Shown: piece after piece, positions 1-6,687 of the stretch
Layout of the letters: each line of letters begins with the position of its first letter
How positions within the stretch are numbered: the first letter of the stretch is position 1
DNA from: a virus
Reading direction: 5' to 3' (one strand)
Virus record (IMG/VR): IMGVR_UViG_3300050122_000130
Span: 1-64,000 of that record
DNA length: 64,000 nt
Made by a program: the position numbers and the translations under genes
The notes under the pieces: model-generated
Databases searched by the model: none
Told to the model about the DNA's origin: nothing
Seen by the model: the letters and a program-made list of their open reading frames with translations, nothing else

Positions 1-109
1 TCTTCGACGGCTTTAAGGATGCTATCCTTGAAGCCGTCGAAGAGTACAAAAAATACGACTGGAGTCGTGACAAAGAGAAGGTCCAGCAGTCCCCGCAGGA
101 CACCGCGTC

Positions 110-322
110 ATGAAAATCACAAGAAAGCGCCGCTACGAAGCAATGCTTGAGCAGGGCATGCACAGCGGCAACACGGATGCAAAGTTTGATCCGCCGCTTC
201 TTTGCCCGCGCTGTGCGGGAAGCGGGCATTGGGTTGAAAAAGATCAGGTTTGTTTTCGGTGTAGCGGGCGAGGAAAGATCGCTGTGCCCTCGTGGTCTTC
301 TCGGGAGACTCAAAGTGACTGA
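110..322 (+). CDS. small zinc-finger protein (two CxxCxGxG motifs)
   Basis: CPRCAGSG...CFRCSGRG; ATGA overlap with an upstream partial ORF. Confidence 0.6.
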   Translation: MKITRKRRYEAMLEQGMHSGNTDAKFDPPLLCPRCAGSGHWVEKDQVCFRCSGRGKIAVPSWSSRETQSD

Positions 323-370
323 TGATCTGATGACGCGCCCAGACGGCAAGACGCGGGACGGCTAGAAAAC

Positions 371-1012
371 ATGGAAGACAAAGAAAAAGTTTTTTGGCTG
401 TCGATAGCAGCATCATTCATCACAGGCGTATCCATCGGTAGTTGGATCACTCCCAATAAAATCGAAACCGCATCTGCTATGGCGAACCTTGAACTTCCAT
501 GGTTTCAACACAGCGAATGCAAAAGAGACAAGCAGGATTCGGAATACGCCTGCATCACCAGGCTCGAACCACGAAAAATGACGTTGGAGTTCGTGACGCG
601 GGATCGGTTTGATTCGATGACCACGGCTCTCGATACCGCGGCAAACTATAAAATAGGTGGGTTCGCCCGCATCAATAAATCGCCGTGCGAGATCGTTATC
701 CCGATCGAGGGAGCCGAGTTGGAATCCAGGCCATATTCCTTCAGTGGATACGTCAACTGGGGTTCCAGTAATTACAACATCGCCAACACGATCGCTCATG
801 AGATCCTGCATTGCTACACCGGCAGGTGGCACGCCGATTATATTCCAGCGCTTCAATTCCGATCCAACCTCGAAACTAATATAATGGTCGGGCGATATGA
901 CGCTAAATTCGGATTCTCCGAGAAATTCCTTCGTCTGCAGCCTCAGACGTGGGACCTTCGCCCGGCCTACGCACAAACCTCGCCTATTTATTTAGCCCAA
1001 CATCGCTTCTGA
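371..1012 (+). CDS. membrane-anchored/exported zincin-like metalloprotease
   Basis: N-terminal hydrophobic helix; IAHEILHC (HExxH); 4 Cys. Confidence 0.65.
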   Translation: MEDKEKVFWLSIAASFITGVSIGSWITPNKIETASAMANLELPWFQHSECKRDKQDSEYACITRLEPRKMTLEFVTRDRFDSMTTALDTAANYKIGGFARINKSPCEIVIPIEGAELESRPYSFSGYVNWGSSNYNIANTIAHEILHCYTGRWHADYIPALQFRSNLETNIMVGRYDAKFGFSEKFLRLQPQTWDLRPAYAQTSPIYLAQHRF

Positions 1013-1057
1013 ATCCCTTGCTGCGGGTTGCAGCTAACCTCACGGAGACGACGACAA

Positions 1058-1591
1058 ATGCGACGCTTTTTTTTCACGATCCTATTCACCGCCGCGATCG
1101 GTGCCGCGCACGCGGCCGAAGCGCCGGTTCCAAAACCGGCTGGCCTGCCGGCGACAAACCTCACGCTGAACGATTGCCTGCTGATCCTTCAAGGTCTTCA
1201 GGCGATCGACGAGCATATCGTGGTGGTCGGCAAAGAGCCGAACCAGCAACTCGTCAAACAATCCTACGAATATGGGCCCGGCGGCTTCCGGCTCAATGTT
1301 CTTGCTCACAACATCCGCGTGCTGACCGACCTGCAGCAGACAGCCCAGGCCGAGCAACAGAAAATTCTCCGCGACATCTTACAAAAGATGCCGGCGAAGG
1401 ACGGCAAGCCGGCCACTGAAATTCCGGCAGGTACCGAGGAGGCGATCGAGTACGATCGCAAGCTGAAGGAACTGACCTCGGCGCCGTGCCTCGCCGATCT
1501 GACCCATTTCAAGGAACAGGATCTCAAGCTGGACAAGAACGAGCTCCCGGCCGCGGCGCTCGCCAACCTGGAAAAGATCAGGGACAAATGA
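1058..1591 (+). CDS. exported helical protein, resembling phage fibre-associated DUF1617-like proteins
   Basis: Signal MRRFFFTILFTAAIGAAHA-A; GGAG RBS; family resemblance by eye only. Confidence 0.6.
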   Translation: MRRFFFTILFTAAIGAAHAAEAPVPKPAGLPATNLTLNDCLLILQGLQAIDEHIVVVGKEPNQQLVKQSYEYGPGGFRLNVLAHNIRVLTDLQQTAQAEQQKILRDILQKMPAKDGKPATEIPAGTEEAIEYDRKLKELTSAPCLADLTHFKEQDLKLDKNELPAAALANLEKIRDK

Positions 1592-1701
1592 AGCTCAGCA
1601 CCCTTACTTTGCTCCTGCTCATCAGTTTCGCCGCTGGAAGTTATTTCGAGGCCGTCTGGCGTCCCTATCTGTTTCCTACAAGGTCGATTGCCGCCAATTA
1701 G
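1588..1701 (+). CDS. 37-aa membrane peptide
   Basis: ATGA overlap; MKLSTLTLLLLISFAAGSYF. Confidence 0.45.
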   Translation: MKLSTLTLLLLISFAAGSYFEAVWRPYLFPTRSIAAN

Positions 1702-1755
1702 GCGCCCCGTGGTGAGTTATTCCAGATCGGCGCTATCTCAGTGCCCAAAACGACA

Positions 1756-1803
1756 AAATCGCCCCTACGGCCCCGCATTGAGCGGAACCGTAGGGGCTTT
1801 TTG
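1756..1803 (+). terminator. rho-independent terminator, possibly bidirectional
   Basis: GCCCCTACGG...CCGTAGGGGC followed by TTTTT, between convergent units. Confidence 0.7.
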
Positions 1804-1911
1804 GTGTGGGAAAACAGGGGCGGGCGAGAACGGGTACAATACCCGAACTTGCAGCGCCATGCTGCACTTTCGTGAACATGGCGCGAACAGACGTGAACGA
1901 AAAGGAAAAGG

Positions 1912-1983
1912 TGCCAATGAGAGGACTTGAACCCCTGACCCCCGCTATGTGCAAGCGGTGCTCTACCACTGAGCTACGTTGGC
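1912..1983 (-). tRNA. tRNA-Val(CAC), atypical (G33, C6:A67 mismatch, 3' end CCT)
   Basis: Cloverleaf GCCAACG-TA-GCTC..GAGC-A-CCGCT-TGCACAT-AGCGG..AGGGG-TTCAAGT-CCTCT-CATTGGC-A. Confidence 0.75.
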
Positions 1984-2024
1984 GACGCCGGATGTAGACC
2001 GGCCCGCGGTCGGACGCAAGAGGG

Positions 2025-2102
2025 TGGTTGCAGGGGCGGGATTTGAACCCGCGGTGACCGCCTTATGAGGACGGAGCCTTAACCGGACTTGGCGACCCTG
2101 CG
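2025..2102 (-). tRNA. tRNA-Met(CAT), initiator-like (C1:A72 mismatch)
   Basis: CGCAGGG/CCCTGCA-A-CCA; loop CTCATAA; GCGGG-TTCAAAT-CCCGC. Confidence 0.85.
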
Positions 2103-2110
2103 ATAATTCG

Positions 2111-2185
2111 TGGCACCCGTGCTCAGATTCGAACTGAGGTTTTCGGCGTCAAAGGCCGACGTCCTAACCACTAAACGAAACGGGC
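2111..2185 (-). tRNA. tRNA-Gln(TTG) with a Glu-like 5' half
   Basis: GCCCGTT-TC-GTTT-AGTGGTTA-GGAC-G-TCGGC-CTTTGAC-GCCGA..CTCAG-TTCGAAT-CTGAG..G-CCA. Confidence 0.85.
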
Positions 2186-2210
2186 TCGTTTAGCGTTGCT
2201 GCTGAAGGGA

Positions 2211-2288
2211 TGGTGCTAGCGGCACGGATTTGAACCTGCGACCTGAGCTTTACAAAAACCCTGCTCTACCGGACTGAGCTACGCCAGC
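2211..2288 (-). tRNA. tRNA-Thr(TGT)
   Basis: GCTGGCG/CGCTAGC-A-CCA; loop TTTGTAA; one-nt bulge in the T stem. Confidence 0.85.
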
Positions 2289-2387
2289 GAAACGCGCCTA
2301 GCGCGTCGTGGTCGTCAGCGTTGTCGTGGTGAAGGCGGTTCTCATGGCGCAATTCTCTATCGCTCCAGTGATCGGCCGTCAATGGGG

Positions 2388-2795
2388 TCAGTGCCACAAG
2401 ATCAATCCCAAAAGAACGATCGCTGTAAGCCCAGCGGAGGCCAGCCATGGCCGGTTGCCGTGATCTGGGTATGTGAGAGCCCGGATCTTGCAGAGCGCAC
2501 CCACGATCACCAGGATGCCTCCAAAGGCCCACATGAGGTTGATCTGGGTATTGGCCGTGTCTGTGCCGTAGAAATGTCGCCAGGACCAACTGGCAATCGA
2601 TCGCGTGCAGCTTCCGATGTCGAACACGAAGATCGCAAAGACGAGGTTCATGCTCGGAGGCAACTTCAACCAGTCAAATCGCCGAAGACCGCGTCGTCGC
2701 GCTTCTCGAGACAAGTAGAGGGAAAGCAGGACAAGGCAAAAAATCTCAGGTGCAACAGCTAGGCCGTTCAGCAACTCGAGCAAAAAGGCATTCAC
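2388..2795 (-). CDS. multi-pass membrane protein (lysis region)
   Basis: About 4 hydrophobic segments; GTG start overlaps the upstream TGA. Confidence 0.7.
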   Translation of the reverse strand: MNAFLLELLNGLAVAPEIFCLVLLSLYLSREARRRGLRRFDWLKLPPSMNLVFAIFVFDIGSCTRSIASWSWRHFYGTDTANTQINLMWAFGGILVIVGALCKIRALTYPDHGNRPWLASAGLTAIVLLGLILWH

Positions 2796-3031
2796 GATCG
2801 GTCGATTCCAGATTTTGCTTCCTGTACGGCTTCGTAGACTGTTGTGAGAAACGGAATGTTGTTGTTCTGTGCCCACACGTCCGCCATCACCGCGCGCGCA
2901 GCATCTGTCGAGCTCGACGAGTCACTCATGCGTTTCAAAAGATCGCCACTGACGCGCATCGCTTCGTGATAGGCTCCATCACCGCGGCTTTCGGACTTGC
3001 GACCGAATATGCGCGCGATCAAACCCGTCAT
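2792..3031 (-). CDS. hypothetical protein
   Basis: ATGA coupling to the upstream gene; MTGLIARIFGRK. Confidence 0.6.
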   Translation of the reverse strand: MTGLIARIFGRKSESRGDGAYHEAMRVSGDLLKRMSDSSSSTDAARAVMADVWAQNNNIPFLTTVYEAVQEAKSGIDRS

Positions 3032-3246
3032 GGTGAGGTACGACGCTCGTTGAACAGGAAAGTCCTTAGCTCTGTCGCGACCGTAATAGATCGCTCGGAT
3101 AGGGCCACCAACCGATCGTCCTTCAGCTTGTTCTCGTCGATCAAGCGTTTCCGATCTGCGTTCAGCCAAAGGCATGCTCCCATCAACAGTGGCGAGATGT
3201 AAATCCCGCCTTCCTTCGCTAGGGCGAACCATTGCTCGATCGTCAC
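3028..3246 (-). CDS. holin-like single-TM protein
   Basis: One TM segment plus coiled C-terminus; downstream of the endolysin. Confidence 0.55.
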   Translation of the reverse strand: MTIEQWFALAKEGGIYISPLLMGACLWLNADRKRLIDENKLKDDRLVALSERSITVATELRTFLFNERRTSP

Positions 3247-3261
3247 TGTACGGCCAGCGCA

Positions 3262-3627
3262 TCAATTGCCGGTCGACGTCGGGCGATCAAGCCATGACGT
3301 CGTTTCAGTCTCCGGTGTTTTTGCGATGCCAGTCAAATGCTGGGTCACCGTTTCACGATGTTGATCGATCTTGGCCTTAGCTTCCGCCGGCGTCGCGGCT
3401 GTACCGGGGATTGAGTCGACAAACTGCTTGATTGCGTTCGCCAGATCCGGAGCGGCCTTCTCGACCGCAGCGAAAGCACCAGGTCCTTCCTTCACAGCGG
3501 CATCGGCGATCGGCGCCAGCTTCTCGATCTGGTCTTCGTGCTCGAGCACAAAATCAATCATAGTTGCGTATTCCGGATGGAGAACGGCAATCGTCTTGAG
3601 AAGTCCGTCGACAAGCATGGATGACAT
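3262..3627 (-). CDS. hypothetical protein
   Basis: GAAGGA RBS; coherent helical ORF. Confidence 0.7.
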   Translation of the reverse strand: MSSMLVDGLLKTIAVLHPEYATMIDFVLEHEDQIEKLAPIADAAVKEGPGAFAAVEKAAPDLANAIKQFVDSIPGTAATPAEAKAKIDQHRETVTQHLTGIAKTPETETTSWLDRPTSTGN

Positions 3628-3651
3628 TTTTGTTTTTCCTTCCCATGAACG

Positions 3652-3686
3652 AAAAAAAAGACCGAAGCGAATGCTCCGGTCCTCTT
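3652..3686 (-). terminator. rho-independent terminator after the OMP gene
   Basis: GGACCGGAGC-ATTC-GCTTCGGTC followed by T8. Confidence 0.8.
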
Positions 3687-3712
3687 TGTATAGTCTTGAT
3701 TCTGGTTACGAA

Positions 3713-4465
3713 CTAGAACGCGTATCCAATGCCAGCGCGATAACCGTTCTCGGCGAGCGTCGACACCGTGGCAAGGCTGTTCGCGGGAACAGCGCCAAAG
3801 ATCTTCGAGTTGCCCAGGAAGTCCCACTTCGCGAAGATCCGGATCGCACCGCCGCCCACCAAGGGCTGAGCCGTGATCGCCTCGAGGCCAGGGTTGCCGC
3901 GCCACACCTTGCCGGCCTGGAGACCTTGGAAGGCGGTCGAGATATCGGCCGCGCTATAGTACAGGCCGAGGCCAGCCAGAGCGTTGCCCTGCGCGACGAA
4001 TCCGCTCGGCAGAGCGAACGCCGAGAGAGATGCGAAGGGGTTCCAGATGTTCGGGAGTGCCGAGAACACCCGCGACCACGGCGCCCACGCGATGACAGCA
4101 CCTTCCAGCCGCAGCGGGCCTTGGACGCTGAGACCGGCATTATTGCCGTTGAAGTTCTGCGCTTCGATATGACCCTCGACCGAGATCGAGATCGGGCTGC
4201 CCTTCGGCGTCCACATATAGCCGAGCGTGCCACCCACGCCTGCGGTCGTGGTGGACAGGCTTGCCGGCGGAACGCCGGGTACCGACGCGACTACCGAGCT
4301 GCCGCCGCCCTCGGTGAAGACTTCGACGATCAGACCGTTCATGGTCGGATACGTGAAATTGATCGTGGCCGCGGCCGGAGCCTTGAGCGGAAGATCAGCC
4401 GCTCGAGCAAACGGCGTCATGGCGATAGCCGCCGCGACAGCCGCAAAAATTGCGATACGTCTCAT
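3713..4465 (-). CDS. outer-membrane beta-barrel protein (Omp25/RopB-like)
   Basis: Signal ..FARA-ADLPLKAP; amphipathic strands; C-terminal YRAGIGYAF beta-signal. Confidence 0.85.
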   Translation of the reverse strand: MRRIAIFAAVAAAIAMTPFARAADLPLKAPAAATINFTYPTMNGLIVEVFTEGGGSSVVASVPGVPPASLSTTTAGVGGTLGYMWTPKGSPISISVEGHIEAQNFNGNNAGLSVQGPLRLEGAVIAWAPWSRVFSALPNIWNPFASLSAFALPSGFVAQGNALAGLGLYYSAADISTAFQGLQAGKVWRGNPGLEAITAQPLVGGGAIRIFAKWDFLGNSKIFGAVPANSLATVSTLAENGYRAGIGYAF

Positions 4466-4586
4466 GATGAGATTCCCCGATGGGTTGAAGTGTTGCAACG
4501 CGGCGGACGCTACGCCGCGATTGTCACTCCGCAAGCCCGGAGAATGAGCACGCGGACGATTGCCGCCCGCGTGTGTCTTTTGTGCA

Positions 4587-5105
4587 TCAGCTTTTTGCCG
4601 CGACAACGTTCTCTGACGGCGCTGCATCGGCCGTAGCCTGGTCCGTGACGATGGTCTGCACTTCAGGAAGTGCAACGGTCGTGGCGATCAAGGTCTGCAC
4701 CGCGTTCTTGGATTGGGATCCAGGAGATTGAGCGATCGCACCTGTCGCTTCGATAATTGCCTTGGCAGCTTCTTCGCCAGCCGCCGACGGATCCTTCGAC
4801 AACTGCTTAAAGCGAGCGACTTGCTTCTTCCATGTCGAACTGAGAACTCCGAAGATCAAGGCAGCCGTCGGAACGAGGATGCCTACAAGAGCTGAAATTG
4901 CACCTGCGGCAACGCCGAACGTCTTTGCGTAGTTGATGAAATGGTCGATCTGATCCGGCGTCAGCGCCGCAAATCCGAAGATCGCAAGCACGGGAGAGAC
5001 GGCGGTTAGCGTGTAGCGCACCGCGGCAAGCGTCGCCGGGCTGAACAACTGCGCAACAGTGCTCATAAGAGTCGGTGAAGGAGGGGGAGTCTGCTGGCTG
5101 GACAT
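4587..5105 (-). CDS. putative holin / 2-TM membrane protein
   Basis: Two hydrophobic segments; lysis-cassette position. Confidence 0.6.
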   Translation of the reverse strand: MSSQQTPPPSPTLMSTVAQLFSPATLAAVRYTLTAVSPVLAIFGFAALTPDQIDHFINYAKTFGVAAGAISALVGILVPTAALIFGVLSSTWKKQVARFKQLSKDPSAAGEEAAKAIIEATGAIAQSPGSQSKNAVQTLIATTVALPEVQTIVTDQATADAAPSENVVAAKS

Positions 5106-5119
5106 GATTCACCTTGGGT

Positions 5120-5602
5120 TTAATGCGGGACAACAATAACCACGCTTATCATCAACAGAAGATCTCGTGGATCAATACAATGCGCTGGCACGACGACAGG
5201 TGCGTGACTCGGAAACCAATCCGCAAAATCACGCAATAGCAAAAATATCTTCGCCGAGCAGAATGCTTCGAATTTGGTGTGGAAGTGGCCCGGCACTACG
5301 AAGCCCATGATCGCATTGATATCGTACGGCTGTCCGATCGATGCGCGCGCGGCGGCGTAAAACGCCTTGGCCTGTTCGTCGGTGCACGGCAGATCAACAA
5401 AACACTCGCCCTTGAACGGAGCGTCGTATCCTGGCTTGCGGGACATCATGCCACCATCGGCATGCTGACCGATGTACTCGCCGTTCACCGGATCGACGCA
5501 TTCGCAATGCGATGGAACGATGGGCATGCACACCATTTCCCGAAACTCGATCAGGTCAGACAAGATGCCCTGACCTTCAACGAAGCGCAGACGAATGGTC
5601 AT
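5120..5602 (-). CDS. permuted NlpC/P60 papain-like amidase
   Basis: PSH...IGQPYD...FCS (His before Cys). Confidence 0.75.
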   Translation of the reverse strand: MTIRLRFVEGQGILSDLIEFREMVCMPIVPSHCECVDPVNGEYIGQHADGGMMSRKPGYDAPFKGECFVDLPCTDEQAKAFYAAARASIGQPYDINAIMGFVVPGHFHTKFEAFCSAKIFLLLRDFADWFPSHAPVVVPAHCIDPRDLLLMISVVIVVPH

Positions 5603-5817
5603 GTCGTTTTTTCGTTAATGATTGCGATGGCTGCGCGACGCGTGATCGTCGCGTTGTGCCACACTGTCTCCGCTAAAGCCTTCGCATCTTCAAAGGTTCT
5701 GATCGGCGCGACTCCATAAGTACCGAGATCACCGTACATCCCGCCGATAGCTATTTTGAAATGCTCGTCTATCGCATCAAGAGCAAGCTCAGTCTCTGTT
5801 GGCCTGTCCACCATCAC
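5599..5817 (-). CDS. hypothetical protein
   Basis: Overlapping start/stop with both neighbours. Confidence 0.5.
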   Translation of the reverse strand: MMVDRPTETELALDAIDEHFKIAIGGMYGDLGTYGVAPIRTFEDAKALAETVWHNATITRRAAIAIINEKTT

Positions 5818-6683
5818 GCCATTCCATTCTCAGCGAGCGACTGTTTCAACCTGGCGACCACCTGCGGGCCCGGGATACCTCGGTCGACGAGCAGTCGATT
5901 CTTCTGCTCGAAGGTTCGGATCACGCCCATGGTACCACGGCCGATGTTGCCATCGACCAGGAGCGGCGTGCCTGGAACACGCAGCTTGTTCAAGCTGCTC
6001 TGAACCCACTCCGCATTGACGTTGACCATTTCCGGATGCGGCGGGATGACGATCGGCGCCGACACGGCGCCTTGCGATTGCTTGGCGATGCCGTCGGCGA
6101 ATGCTAGAGACGGATCCTGCTTCACAATCTCTTCGACCAGCGCCAGCGTGCCGAGCTGAGGATCGATAGTAGTGCTACTGAAGACGTGATCCCGGATGAA
6201 TTTTCCAGGTCGCTGCACCGTCGTGGCGCCGAACACGTACGGCGACGGAATACCTCGAGCTCGATAGCCCCAGCCATTCCACGCTTCGGATTCGTAGCAG
6301 AACCGCGCGAGCGACCAGCCACCGACATCCTTGTAGACCTGGTCCAGTCCATCGAGGTGCAACGCATCAAGACAACCATCGACAAAACCATCTGGCGTAT
6401 CAGTCCAGGGTCCGCGATTCAGAGGAACGATCGTGGTGCGCATTGTCAGGCGCTGACCGTTGCCGAGATAGCAATGCAGATTGCCTGTCATCTCGCGCTC
6501 GGCGAGTGCCATCAGAGCCGCGGCCGGGACATGCGTTAGCTGCTCGACGCGCTGATAGATCGCCTTGTCCTTGATGAGACTCTCGCAGGCCAGCGCGAGA
6601 GAATGCTCGCGCGACGGTTCGATGACCGCAGCTGAAGTCAAAGCCACATAGTTTGCTTCAAGCTTCTCGAATGTTAAAGCCAT
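5814..6683 (-). CDS. endolysin: lysozyme-family domain plus C-terminal peptidoglycan-binding domain
   Basis: ERE..YLGNGQ..EAWNGWGY..PSPY..DPQLG; LLVDGNIGRGT PG-binding motif. Confidence 0.85.
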   Translation of the reverse strand: MALTFEKLEANYVALTSAAVIEPSREHSLALACESLIKDKAIYQRVEQLTHVPAAALMALAEREMTGNLHCYLGNGQRLTMRTTIVPLNRGPWTDTPDGFVDGCLDALHLDGLDQVYKDVGGWSLARFCYESEAWNGWGYRARGIPSPYVFGATTVQRPGKFIRDHVFSSTTIDPQLGTLALVEEIVKQDPSLAFADGIAKQSQGAVSAPIVIPPHPEMVNVNAEWVQSSLNKLRVPGTPLLVDGNIGRGTMGVIRTFEQKNRLLVDRGIPGPQVVARLKQSLAENGMA

Positions 6684-6687
6684 GGCC

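Noticed and set aside
1940-1960. Reading the first tRNA as Ala(TGC) or Cys(GCA)
   Set aside because: The 5-bp CCGCT/AGCGG stem centres CAC in the loop, and there is no G3:U70.
1912-2288. tRNA cluster as a host integration site or prophage boundary
   Set aside because: No integrase or duplicated tRNA 3' end; phage-like genes continue on both sides, and the tRNAs are co-oriented with the late operon.
3371-4636. 421-aa plus-strand ORF
   Set aside because: Arg-rich shadow of the OMP gene; it crosses a minus-strand terminator.
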